In this document: positions 24,300 to 37,076 of the stretch, in pieces
Numbering within the stretch: the first letter of the stretch is position 1
Layout: each line of letters starts with the position of its first letter
NCBI RefSeq assembly: GCF_008831285.2
Contig: NC_045138.2
Span: 18,352,001 to 18,416,000, forward strand
Direction of reading: 5' to 3'
DNA from: Nymphaea colorata
Taxonomy: Eukaryota
Length of the DNA: 64,000 bases
Translations under genes and position numbers: made by a program
Notes under the pieces: generated by a model
Told to the model about the DNA's origin: nothing
Seen by the model: only the letters and a program-made list of their open reading frames with translations
Database searches by the model: none

Positions 24300-26070
24300 T
24301 CTACTGTTGTGCTCCTCCCAAATCTGCCACTAGAAGCTAATAAGCCACGAGTGCCATGTACACCGCCAAAAGTGCAAGGTAGAGTGAGAAGGGCTAAAAA
24401 GAAAAGGAAGACGATACATGGAGGGGCGAAGGATATCAGGCAGCAAAGGCCAAGCAGTTAAAAGGATATGGGAAAAAGGCAAGAATAGAAAAGATAAACA
24501 TGTGACTTTGCAGCTGTATGACACATTGGTTAGTTAGATGAAAGCCAAGGAGTTAGAGGTAGTCAAAGGTATTGATGTAACATGCAAGAAAAAATCGAAA
24601 ATCAATAGTACACGGAGAGACTTGCAAACTAAAGAGCTCAACAAAAAAACAAGGACAACAGAATGACCAAGTGAGGCGAAGTAATGAGAGGTGGTGGTGA
24701 AGGAGTTAGAGGAGTGAGGGGCCACTAAGGGGTACCTAAGGGCAGAAGGTAGGCAAGGTAAAGAAAGAAAGGCATGAAATCAGTAATACAAGTCCAAAGA
24801 TAAAAAGGCCATGAGTGGGAGGGTAGGTCAGGCCAGATAGACTGAGTGGTAATGTCATATTTAGAGTGGATAAAGACAAGAAAAGAAAAATCTAAAGTTG
24901 CCAAACACCACCACAACAAAGAGGACTACAAAGTCGACTGCTATAACTAAGGTCGGAAACCACAACACCCTCACCCCCCTTGAGGCGTCAAAGACAATAA
25001 CCATGTCACAGGACAATTTGATGGACGGTATCTGTCCCAAAGAAACCGGCAAAGAATCCGGTCAAGCTTACAAAAAGCAGGAGCAGGAGGCTTGTAGGTA
25101 AGGCTGGGCGTCGGGCCGGGCTGCCGCCTGGCCGGCCCGGCCCGGGCCCTACAGCCAGGCCCGATAACCAAACCGGCCGGGGCCCGGGTGGGAAGGGCGG
25201 CCCAGCGCCGGCCCGACCCGGCCCGACTCCCACCCTCGGGCGGTCGGGATGCCTCCGCCCTGAGCCCTCGGCTCTCTCCCGTGACCCTCCCTCTCTCTTC
25301 CCGTCTGCCTCTCCATCTCCCTCTCTCTCTCTGCTCCCTCTCCCTCTTCTCCTTCTCCCTTCCGTCTCCCTCTCCCTCTGCTCCCTCTCCCTTCCGTCTC
25401 CCTCTCCTTCTGCTCCCTCTCCCTTCCGTCTCCCTCTCCTTCTGCTCCCTCTCCCTTCCGTCTCCCTCTCCCTCTCCCGTTTCCCTCTCCCTCTCTGCTC
25501 CCTCTCCCTCTCCGCCTCCGTCCACCGCAGCCCCGCTCGCTCCCCTCCCTCTCCGCCTCCGTCCCCCGCAGCCCCGCTCCGCTCCCACACCACCTCCGTC
25601 CTCCGCAGCCCCTGCGGCTCGCAGCTCGCTCCTCTCCCTCTCCGCCTCCGTCGATCTGTCCCCCTGCAGCCCCGGCGCCCCGCTCGGTCTCCCTCTCCAC
25701 TCGGCTCCCCCTTCCCGTGTCTCCCTCTTCGCGGCGGGCCGGGCCGGGCTTGGCTTTTGGTGGCCAGGCCCGGTACCCGGCCCGGCCCGATGCCCACCCC
25801 TACTTGTAGGGTCAAGAGAATGCATGGAAATAAAGTCCACATAGTGCTTAGCCAAAGTGACTTTTTACGAGGAATGTGAAGTAGTTTACAGGACGGGTCA
25901 GCAAACAATTGCGGTGGTGAAAAGGGGGAGATAGAAGACTAAAATAGTTAGAAAGAATAGTACGAGACTTGCAGCCAGAACAAGCTACAGCAAAAAGACC
26001 GGTGTCTGGATCAGCATGATGGACAAAAAGCTAACACTTGGCAAGGAAGGTGGACATAGTGGTCCATTGG
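24300..26070 (-). mobile_element. Degenerate L1-type LINE ORF2 remnant, interrupted by a MITE
   Basis: KVTLAKHYVDFISMHSL...YKPPAPAFCKLDRILCRFLWD...VTW...PQGG matches the post-RT LINE motif (GRxTLIKxVL...LDRIxRxFLW...VxW...PxxxGGLG). Boundaries are approximate. Confidence 0.6.
25099..25802. mobile_element. Non-autonomous hAT element, 704 bp, GC-rich with internal CT-rich repeats
   Basis: Perfect 8-bp TSD CTTGTAGG (25091-25098, 25803-25810); TIRs TAAGGCTGGGCGTCGGGCCGGGC and (reverse complement) TAGGGGTGGGCATCGGGCCGGGC. Confidence 0.92.
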
Positions 26071-27658
26071 TATGCCTTTTGCGAATATTTTGTTTCTTTT
26101 TTACAAATATTATCGAAGCTAATTCACTTTAATGGATACCCATTCGTTTTTTCTTAATAACCAAGAATTTGCTATCCTTCCAAGAGTGCGCAACTAGAAA
26201 GCGCAAAATGACTTGAACTTACGTGATATTTAGAGTTAGATATAGAGAAGATGAAGCAAGATCCTTCTTCATAACCAATATAAATAGAAGCACCTTAATT
26301 CCTAGAACCAATTTAAGTATGCATGTTTGAAGCGAGAACTGCCCCCACGAATCTTTTTTGGTTGAACCTACAAAATATTGATTTGACACTGCTTCCCTTG
26401 AAAATCAATCTCTTGAAGCAGTTGAGAGAGAACCTAAAAAACAGGCCAATATTTATGTATATATCTCGTTTGGATCTAACCTAACTCAAAACTATAAACG
26501 GATCAATTTGGAGGAATCAAGACGAAATGAAATTCATGTCATTTAAAATACGTTTGTGTAGCTGATTATATATGAATTATGCAAGATTCTAATGATTGAT
26601 GGCTTCATTCACGCATACTGAATAGTGTGCCCAAATGAAAAATATTAAGACTTAATAACAGAAAATTAATAATATTGATAATGATAATGACAACAATGAT
26701 AGGTTTGATCAGTGTTTTCCATGTAGCTTCACCTTATTGGCAATTTGGTGATGTTCCAGTTTTTCAAATTGATCAAGTTTATTGTAGCCCACAGTTGGCG
26801 AACTTGTGACTCAGACTCGGATCAGCAGATGACGTGGTCATCGGGTTAGCATTTCAATTGTGTTTTAAAATAACTTGAATTGATGAGTCAAGATGAGTAA
26901 AGCGGAATCCGGCCGACTCAAGGGTGAGCAGGGTTAACCTTGACTCATGCCCAGGTTATATATATCAAAGTAGGGATCTCTACACTTACTATTTTACATT
27001 GTCAAATGATTTGGTCTAAATTAGTCTAGGAAATGAAGAGTCTGGTTGTAAACGCATGAAATGATTAGAGGTTAGAATGAAATGCCCCTAAGCTGTGCGG
27101 GGTTTTTAAACGCTCTGCTCCACAAATTATTGGAGATTCCATTGAGTTGAAAGAAGCTGGTGAGTTTGGCCAGCAACTCCTTCCTCCTGATCGTCCGCTA
27201 CAACATTTATTTAGCCATTTTAGTTGACAGCCAATGCCAACCTCAATGCCTCCTCCTTCTCACACAAACAACTAGTGGTCGACGGCGTAGAATTTCGTGA
27301 CAGTGGAGACATCTCTCTTATAATAAGATGGAGACGTTAAATTTGGCACCCATCTAAAGAAGACTTGCCGTGTTAACTTCAATTAGAAGTTCTTGACTCT
27401 TGATTTCCACAACCTTGTCCTTTGGTGGTTGTTAGCTTTAGTCGATTGGCAGGTAACTGGTAATATGTGTGTTGACAATCTTTTGATGCACCCCCAAAAA
27501 ATGGGTTCCTTCCCTCATCAAGTGTAAGAAAGGAAATATTTACTATGAACGAGAAAACTGCAAAAAGATAAAAATATATCAAAAAATTCCGATGAGGGGA
27601 AGGAGGGATTCCGGTGTACACATGGATTGCAGATTTACAAGGAGAGGGAGAGTCGGGG

Positions 27659-29024
27659 TCACCTGGGTCCGGAAACTTCCGAGCCACATCGCGTACAGAA
27701 CGAGACGGGTACGTCCTCCATCGAACCCGCGACTTGGTCGTACCCATAGGCTTCCAGGAACCGCGGCGCCCTCTCAGACTCCACCAGCCACAGCGGCGGC
27801 GCTTCGACTTCCGCCTCCCCCTCCAGCATTTTCACCACCGTCACCATGCACGGCCTTCTGTTCGGCTGTTCCTGGATGCACCAGAATGCTACCTTTGTCA
27901 TCCGCTCTGCCTCCTCCATCTCCGTTTCCGTCAACTTCAGCCTCGCGTCCACCACCTCGTTGAACTGCCCCTCCATCGCCTTCAGCATTGCCCATGCCGG
28001 GAAATAGCAGTGCCGCGGGTCCTCGGCTTCCGGCACAAAGTTCCAGCGGCCGGACACCAGTTCCAGCAACACCATCCCGTAGCTGTACACGTCGCACTTC
28101 TTGGTCGCCATCGAGTAGCGGATCCATTCCGGCGCGAGGTATCCTGGCGTGCCGCGAACCGCCGTCACGACCTGCGTCGTCTCGCCTTCCCCGAGCAGCC
28201 GGGACATGCCGAAATCGGAATGTTTGGCCACGAATCGATCGTCTCGGAGGATGTTCTGAGGCTTGATATCGAGATGCATCATCGGCTTGCGCAACCCGCT
28301 TGGAGGTGAGCCAACCCACGAGCCGTGCCGACGGCGACGAAGTGTCTCTGTCTCCAATTTGGCAAACCGGTGCTCGGCTGGTCATGTGCTTAGTGGCCGA
28401 GGTCGACGGCCTGGGCTCGAAGAGCCATCTGTCGAGCGAGCCGTTGGGTAGGAGTTCGTAGCCGAGGAGCCGGCGCCAGCTGTCGGCGCGGATGCCGCGG
28501 AGGCGGACCAGGTTTACGTGGCGACCTCCGCCCGGAACTGGCGGCTTCCTTGCCATTGCGTTTCGAGCTTCTTCACGGCCATCCGCGTGCCGTCGGGCAA
28601 CGTGCCGCGGAAGACGGTGCCGAACCCGCCCGTGGGAGCTTCTGGCTGAATCCATTTGTGGCGTCGCGAAGCGTCGTAAAGGTGAACCTCGGCGGCAGTC
28701 CTGGCAGCGTCCTCAGGAATTCCTCCTCTTCCAGTTCGTCCATGTCCTCCTCAGAGTCCTCCTCGTCTTTGATGTCAGCGATCGAACTTACTGCTCTAGG
28801 CCGCCAGACACACCGGAAGACTGCGAACACGAAGGCCAAGCAGCCGATGGTGATGCCCATTATTGAGAAAACGCTGAGATGGTTAGGTGATCGAGCCTGT
28901 GTAGCTACTAGATTGGTGGCATTCTGGACCTTGATTCCAGCATGATATGAATCATTGGCTGCATATTTCAGGGTGTAGATGTTGCCCGATACCAGAAAGC
29001 ATTCACCGGAGAAGTTTCGGTAGA
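27659..29024 (-). pseudogene. 5'-truncated, frameshifted duplicate of the lectin receptor kinase (PAN end, TM, kinase)
   Basis: Colinear with 69-1462. Split over several frames, with small deletions around the Gly-loop and TIGSISH, and substitutions near catalytic motifs (NILRD, KHSDFG). Ectodomain and promoter are missing. Confidence 0.93.
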
Positions 29025-29892
29025 TGTCAACATTAAGTATGAGATGTCAACATTCAACACTATATGCGTGCGTGATTTTGAGAGATTTTTAAGGAACTAT
29101 TGCACGGAGAAGAATGAACCTAGTTACCGATCCAGTACTCTGATTAAGTTTGTCCAGATGTCAGATAGGATCCATGAGACCCGTTCGGTGTCTGTATCTG
29201 GATTCGATTATACAGGTTTAAAATGCTTTTTATACAAAGAGATATGGAAAATACTCTTCATGGTCAATCATGAACGCTTTTCTATTCCCATTTAATGTCG
29301 ATTTTGTGAACAGCAGCGCCTGTTTATTGGGGTGTGAACGCACGGGTCAGATTTGGGTTTGATGGATTCTTTATTTTTTGCAATTATACAACCAGAGAAG
29401 GCAGAGATTGACATTCACACAGCCAACCTGTGCACTTTAACTTGGATTTCCAAGGTACTATTGTCCCAATTTGTTTATCCTGAGTTTTCTTGATTTCTGT
29501 TATTTTAATTTCTTAATCTATTTGAAAACTAGATGCAATATCAAGTCTTCGCAGCGAGCTATATGGATCAGACTAGACCGGATATAAATTCACAGGCATG
29601 AGCAAGTGACTATAAACCTCCTATATTTCTTTTTATTTCTCATCTCAATTCAACAGCAAATACTGTGAATCCGTTACTTTTTCTTATTTTTGGAATCTGT
29701 ATGACTCGTGCTAGTGGTGAAGAACTCTAACATTCAGATTTGAAAGGATAATGTACTAAGATGAAAACCAAACAAAAGAAAAATACATTAGGAATGATAA
29801 GAACCAATAATGATCTGTGACATTTGTGGGTATATAAGACTTAGAGACCACTCAAACATAAATAGGAATAAACATTTATATTAGGAAGATTG

Positions 29893-30053
29893 ATGGGGGT
29901 CGCGCGAACGCGTTCCCCCTCTACCACAAATTATGACGTCCACTCTCCCACTTGGGGAGATGGTAGAATGACTCTCCTCCAAAGTGCAATGGAGGCAGTC
30001 ACCCTAGGCCATCGACCTTGATGATCGCCGATAGACCCCGTCCAGGTAAGTAT
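29893..30053 (-). ncRNA. U1: U1 spliceosomal snRNA, copy 3 (duplicate of copy 2)
   Basis: All U1 hallmarks present; ATTGCACTTTGG versus ATTGCACTTGGG in copy 2. Confidence 0.96.
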
Positions 30054-30078
30054 GACTCAACCGTCCACCTCAACTCAC

Positions 30079-30133
30079 TTTTATACGCGTTCCTGGCTCC
30101 CATTCTCGACCAAAATGATCGATACAGGACTAA
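30079..30133 (-). promoter_or_regulatory. snRNA Pol II promoter of U1 copy 3
   Basis: TATAAAA at 30079-30085 and USE-like GTCCTGTATCG at 30120-30130. Confidence 0.8.
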
Positions 30134-30594
30134 ATTCCTTTCACTATCTAAACCGCGTTATCTCCTTCGCGAAAAATATCGCGAACATAGTCGGATTTTG
30201 CTTTTATTCCATACATCCATACAGGCTTCAGCGTGTATCTGTTTATCTTTTTCGCGATCTTGAATCGAAGTTTGTGAAGCCTCTTTTTCCCTCTATTAAA
30301 TTAGTTGCCCGTTCTGTGGCAAAATATTGATCAGATTATCGGTTTGGTGTTAGCTGCTATGACCCAAAGCGTTTGATCGTGAATGTTCTGTGATATATTA
30401 TTTTATAATAAATGTCTTGTGGCCGAAGCACGTATGGGCAATTGCCCACACTGACACACAAAAATTATGTTTCAGCATATTAATGCTTTGATTTATTTAT
30501 CTGTTTGTGTACGTATTGATGCCTTTTTGTCATTAATTTTTTGAAGGTCTGCCCTCGAGGGGCCTCAGCTAAGAATTTCTAGTTCCATTGATTT

Positions 30595-30990
30595 TAAGTT
30601 TGCACAACGAATCGAGCTAACTTGAGCTCGATCAAACTCGCTTGGTCAAGCTTGACTTATTTGTAAGTGAGTTGAGCTTCAGCTTAACAGGAAACTCAAA
30701 CTTGCAGTTGAACAAATTCGAGTAAGGTTGTTTATTGTAGGTTATATTTTCTCTTGTATTGAATTTAAAACCAAAAGAAAAAAAATCCAAGTCAAATGGG
30801 GAGTTGGTATACATGTTTAAATAAGTCTGAGCTTGAGCAGGGGCTTGGTCTATCCGAGTGATCTGGAGCTGACCGAGTGATCTCGAGCTGACTTGGTACA
30901 GGTCCACTTGAGCTCAAGTCGAGCGAGATATGCATCAAATTGAGTCCAGCTGACCCAGCTCGAGCTCAACTTAGCTCGTGTACAGCCCTA
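30595..30990. mobile_element. hAT-like MITE, paralogue of 11450-11811
   Basis: Same position within the duplicated block; ends CGTGTACAGCCCTA. Confidence 0.6.
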
Positions 30991-33900
30991 ACCACTATGG
31001 CTTGTAGTATATTTTGTACCAAACAAGCACAAAAGGAGACGTGGAACTAAACCGTCTTTTCTAGCTAGAGCAGCTTTAGAACTTGCTTGCTTTTGGCCAT
31101 TGCTTAAAGAATTTTCCCATGAAAATTGCATCAAAGCTCTTTTCTGCTCTTGAGATGTATGAAAATTTGGTTTAACAATTTGTTTATGAACTTGAGATGT
31201 GAAGAGCCAACACTATGCATGGAAAGTGCTCATTTTTTCTTGTAAATGAGGGCGAGTCATGCTTTATGTGAACTTTTTCTTCCTTTCCTGTTTTATATAA
31301 TATGAAAGTTAAACGCAAAATGTAAACATTAAGTATGAGAAGTCGACATTCAGATCATGTTGAATGTGAGAGATGTACACATCAAATATGATATACATCG
31401 CCACCGACTCATGGCAGAATCAGAATGCTAGAATTATGTACTAGTTTTTTATTTCATTGTCTTCTTCAACCAAGTTGTCATGACTCTCGTGCCAACATTG
31501 CAATTAAATATTCCTTTCCTTGTTGTCCAAAAACATCAATAGGTAATGTCTCGTTAGCTCCAAAATGTAGCCACAATAAAGAAAGTAGACTTTTACTATA
31601 TTTTAACAATAAACTAAGCAAAGAAACACTACTTATTGAATCACCAATTAGCAATAAACTGGCATTGATAAAATAATAAATACCCACTGAAAGTTAACGA
31701 CTTCAAAAGAAGTTGACTAAACAATTTGATGGCAGTGGGAGTCATGTTAAGATTGATCCATTCATCCAAACGTGATCATGTCAATGAAATCGACAGACTT
31801 CACAAACGAGTTCAAGCAACCCTACTCTTTCCAAATTCGAAGCATGAGATATGCTAGTTTCGCCTTCAATTGGTTAATTATACGCGAGAGTTTCAGTACA
31901 AGTTGAAAGGAAAGAGGGAAGGTGGCATCAAGAAAATTAATGTTAATTACTTAAGAGAGGCAAAATATGAGGGCAGCGCCAGTGGCTTGGCAACAAGTAA
32001 AATAAGAAGAACTGATGAGATCAAACTGTGAGAAGAAAGTAATTAAAAGAATAAACAAAATCAAGAGATCCAGGTAGAGTTATAAACCAACGAACAGGAG
32101 AAAGGGAGAGGAAGAGGGAGGAGATCAAAGCTGTTAGGAACGAGACCCTTTCTCTCTCTCAAACACTCGTGATATCAAGTGAAGATGAACAAGAAGATGA
32201 AGAAGAAAAGAAAACAGGGACTTTTTCAACATTTTTTAAATAATTATTCTTTTGTATTACCAATATACATGTATTTGTGAAGATTAGTTATTGTATTGAA
32301 CATTAGGAAGAAGTTTTATGATGGAAATGAAAATGTCTTTTATTTTATGGTGTTTCAGTGTATTTTATAATTGGAGAAATTTAAAAATTATGCAATTTGT
32401 AATTTTATGATGAAACATAATTACCACTTTGTTGAACACACACACATATATAAATTAAATAAAATTTGAATGGTGCACATCAAAAGCGTATTCCCGATTA
32501 TATCCACTTCAATTTTCTTTAACGAAGTACTGAGAGTTGTGGTGGCACCAAATCATTTGATAACGAAGTACCGAGTCTTACCATTTCCTTTGTAAAAGAA
32601 AAGTTTGCAGTCCATTATTGTGGATGCCATTTCGACTTTGTTATATATGTATGGAGAGAGAGAGAGAGAGAGATTGATTGGTAGATAAGATTGACAGAGA
32701 TCAAAACTAGACTCCTCAAAATTGATTGTTTAAACTTTTTTTTTTTCTGTAATCCAACCATGCATATGTGATCTTAAGAATATTTTGATGAAAAAATATA
32801 CATTAAGTTGATCCTTTTTTTAATCAAATAATGTTTTCTATAGAAAAATCAACGGCCCTTATAGAGTCAAAATTTCACTACTACAAAAATTTATAGTTTT
32901 TATATAAACTACATAAACTAAGACTCCTTTTACGCTGAATTAGTGATTCTAGATTGTTCATATTTTGTTTAAAATATACTTTAACAATGATTTAAGAAGT
33001 CTAGTTTTTATTCCTAGATATATCTCAATAACGTGGATCCTTCAGGCCATTCGGAGGAATCTGGTTTCCCACACTCGGCTGAATTCATGAGAGGCCGCGT
33101 GGAGGGATCGCAAAATACATGAAATATAAAAATAACAAAATAGTAAAATCTGAGATATTAATTGAATTGTACGAGGCAAAAGATCCAAGCGCAATAATAA
33201 AACCTTTAAAATTTAATTTGCGCGTTTGATTTTATGGTTCATTTTTCTCTTATAAATTCTGACATTGTGCATTGCTCTCCAGAGTAATGAGCGTTCAACT
33301 GCTGTGAGAGAGAGAGAGAGGGAGGTGCAAACTCTCTCTCTCTCCCTCCCTCTCCTATTATTATTATTATAATTATTATTATTATTATAGCTGGATGGTT
33401 TTTTTTTTTAACTTGTAACCCTAAAATCATGCAAAAATATTTGCGATGGCTAGTTGTTTGGTCATAAATTTTAGTCAGATAATATACCATTTACAATGGT
33501 AATTGTTAACGATACAAAATAAAAAATAACCATCCAATTATAAAAGTGAAAGATGAAAAAGTATGTAATCATTCGAATTGTAGTAGCTTAATCTGCTCAA
33601 CTCTCAAGAGTTAGGTTAGAAAATGTATGAGTAGCTTGAGTTCATCTCTTATTTCTGAAAGGTCGTTTATCAACGTGGGAGACGATAAAAAGTAGTAGTG
33701 CAAGTTACAGACTCATGTCTCCCCCTCAAAGGGAACGATAACGTTCGCCTGAAATGTAAGCTGCTCTCTCCCTCTCTCCACACACAAACACATACAGGCA
33801 CACACACACAGAGAGGCAACAAATAACTTGTCTTTAAATAAAAAAATAATAGTTCTAAAAGAAACTATTTATGACACTTTAAAACCCAATAATAGTCAGC

Positions 33901-34705
33901 TAGAATTCCCCCAACCTTACCTGTTATGTCACATTAAAACCCAATAATAGTGAGCTACAATTCCCCCAACCCCACCTGCAAACAGGTGTTCTGGACGAGC
34001 CGGCCAGCTCACATGCTCTCTGACCTGTCTCTTTAAGCGACAGCAGCTCTCTTAATTAGCTGCTCCATCAAATTACCAAAATGCATGTGTTTCCATCAGA
34101 AGGTGCCAACGGCTTCTGCCCCTTCAACTTGCAGAAGAAGGGCCTTTGCCACGCAGACTGCTTCAACAGCTACAACAATCTTCCTGCCACCTTCGCCCGC
34201 AGAATAAGAGATCGAGCATCAGGAATAGCCAGTAAACAATAAGTGTCTGAATCGCCGTTTGACACAACCGCAGAAAAGCCAAATTCAGGATGAAAATGGA
34301 ATTACATCCCACAAAAGAAAACCAAGACTGATAGGATGAACATGGCATCCATGGGCAATCTGTATAGGTCAATCCAAATAGATGTGGTAAAAGTCTTTTT
34401 TGTTTTTTCGCGAAAAATGTTGATTGTTAAGATAATAAAGGCGGCAGTAGAGGAAATGCAACAAGTTGCCGTCAACATGGAACTCCACTGCAATAAATAA
34501 GAGGAGCAGATGATGAGAGCAGCCAGAGGATGTGCAGAAAGGGATAGATGAATGCAATTTATATTAAAAGAGAGAAGGAATTGAAGATCTGCGAACCAGA
34601 TCGACCTCTCGCTCTCTGCCTTTCCTTTTTCCTTTTTGCTCTCACCATGACTGGTCCTCATCAGATATGCCCATCATCGTCCACCACTTCAAATTAGCCA
34701 CAGAA

Positions 34706-36495
34706 ATGGGAAAAGCCAGCAAATGGCTGAGAAGCTTCTGGGGCAGGAACAAGGAGCAGGTCAAGGACAAAGAAAAGCTAAACCAAACGTCTTCAAATGA
34801 GGACAGATCCGCCCCAACCGCAAGTCAAATTCCAAAAGAGAAACGCAGATGGAGTTTCTCCAGATCGAATCCTAAGGATTCAAATTCACCCAATTCTTCT
34901 GCTGCAAACGCCGATGCCACCACAACTGGCTCCATTATATCCGCCTGTGAATCGGAGAGTGAACAAAAGAAGCATGAAATTGCAGCTTCAGCAAAAGATA
35001 CCGTACTCGTTGGTGATACTGCCGCTGCTGTCAGTAGGCTTATCCTCGTGTCAAGCCAGCTGACTGTAGCTGAGGAAATCGCTGCCATTAAGATTCAAGC
35101 TGTTTTCCGTTCTTATCTTGTTGGCTCTCACTTGCTATTTCTTGCTCTAAACTCCAAGTTAACAAATTCAAAATGTACTAACTTCTGCTTTCTGCAGGCA
35201 AGAAAAGCTTTGCGAGCACTCAAAGGCTTGGTGAAGTTGCAGGCCCTAGTGAGAGGTCATCTAGTGAGGAAGCAGGCTACTGCCACTCTGCGGTGCATGC
35301 AAGCACTTGTAACAGTTCAGGCCCGAGCCCGAGCTCAAAGAATTAGAATGACTGAAGAAGCACGATATCATGCTCTGCAATTATCTGATCCCAAGAGAAC
35401 AAATCATGAACACCAATTCAGATGTTCATATGTAAGTGAAACCCCTTTCTCAACATCTTATTTTCAAGTTTCAACATTTCTACTGTGAAATAAGTGCAAG
35501 TTATTCAAAAGTTTGCACTAGATTTAACGGTCAGAATTACATAACAATTACACATACCAACCTGAATTTGCTGAAACTTAAAGTGTAAATATCTGTTCAA
35601 CAAGAAAAAAAATTAAGTAGTCCAGCACTTCACATCCTGGTTAAGAACATACAAAAGACAGAGTGAAAGTTCTTCCTTTAGGATAAACATAGAATAGAAA
35701 GACTACTAACTAGCAGTGTCTTTTTTTGTTCTTCTTAGAATCCTGACAGAAGGATTGAGAACATAAAAATTGTCGAGATAGACATGAGTGGAAGCGGGGA
35801 TACCTCAAAGGGGACAGCCAATTCTAGGCCCGTGCCACCCCTTCCAAAGCTGGATTGCACCAAATCCGCTGCTCTAACCGAATTAGCCGATGACAGAGAA
35901 TGGGTCTGCAAAAAGGACACGGAGGAATATTCAACTATAACAACACATAGCACCTCACAGTATTCATCAGCCAAGCCCATGCCAGATACAACTGGAGGTT
36001 CATTTGGAGCTTGGACAGCTGAATACTCGCAACCAATTTTCAGTGACAGCTTTTTCCCCAATTACATGGCCAACACAGAATCTTCAAGAGCTAAAGCTCG
36101 GTCACAGAGTGCACCAAAGCAGAGACCTGATTCGTTTGAGAAGGTTCTGGCTAAGAGGCGTGCATCTATGGATAACAAGAGCGTACCCTGCGGAATCCGG
36201 ATGCAAAGGTCATCATCACATGTAGCTTCATCCTGCAAAAGCTATCAACACGCAGGCACCATCAAACTTGACAGATCGTCAATTTCTCTGAGGGACAGTG
36301 AATGTGATTCCACCTGCTCCATGCTTGCAAATACTAATTACCGCAGATCATTCATTCGCATAGATGTACGTATTGCCTAACATGGAATTCAGATACATTT
36401 CAGACTAATGCATTCTTTAGCACTAGAAAATTGGGGCATACTGATCACTTAATTTGATGTTTTCTAACGTTCAGGCGTCTAGCAAGAGGAATTGA
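34706..36495 (+). CDS. IQD: IQ67-domain (IQD) calmodulin-binding protein; exons 34706-35119, 35198-35431, 35739-36365, 36475-36495
   Basis: [20 protein letters not shown]67 ([39 protein letters not shown]) with the family's phase-0 intron, KIVEID, and DUF4005 [24 protein letters not shown]. All junctions are GT-AG and in frame; the last short exon is less certain. Confidence 0.93.
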
Positions 36496-37076
36496 CTCCA
36501 GCTCTTACTGAATCACGAGTGAATTGTGAAACGGCAAGAAATCTGAAAATACAGAAATTACACAGGCCAGCTCTGTATGGACAGATAAAAGGGCAGATTT
36601 CAGATGCTTAAGATGCAAAACAGTGCTTTAGAAATATATTAAAGGCACAAATTTTGTCACGTTTTCTGGCAAAAAGTTTTTTCCTGACCCAGACTGTATA
36701 TAAGCTAGTTGGGTGATGATGTTCGCTGTGAAATTCAATATTGCAGGTGGTAAGAAGGGATTGTAAACGGTATGAAGTTGAAATTTCGGGATCAAGTCCA
36801 ACCCCATTTTGTTTACTGAGTTTTCCCTTGTAAGGTGGTAGGGGTCACCCTCAGTTCAATTCAAAGAACCATTTTCTTTTCCTACTGTTTTTTGTATCAG
36901 TAGAAGAGCTTGATAACAATATTCCAGCAGAGAAGCTTGATTTTCTGTCTCAGGCCTTCTTCTTTGGGTTTATCAGCAGCACCAAAAAGTTAAACGCTCG
37001 AGACGTTTGTAGTTTGTTCATTTCCAATCATGAAAGCAAAATAGCAGGTATTGGTACTGAGCAAATATGATATAGT

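Larger units (their letters stand above)
27592..33883 (+). repeat. Segmental duplication copy B (equals ~3-1462 joined to 9817-14753)
   Basis: ATGAGGGGAAGGAGGGATTCCGG matches the window start; junction at 29022-29034. The duplication may extend further left than the window allows one to test. Confidence 0.92.

Noticed and set aside
25006..25908. Long Arg/Glu/Gly- or Ser/Pro-rich ORFs
   Set aside because: Low-complexity interior of the hAT element.
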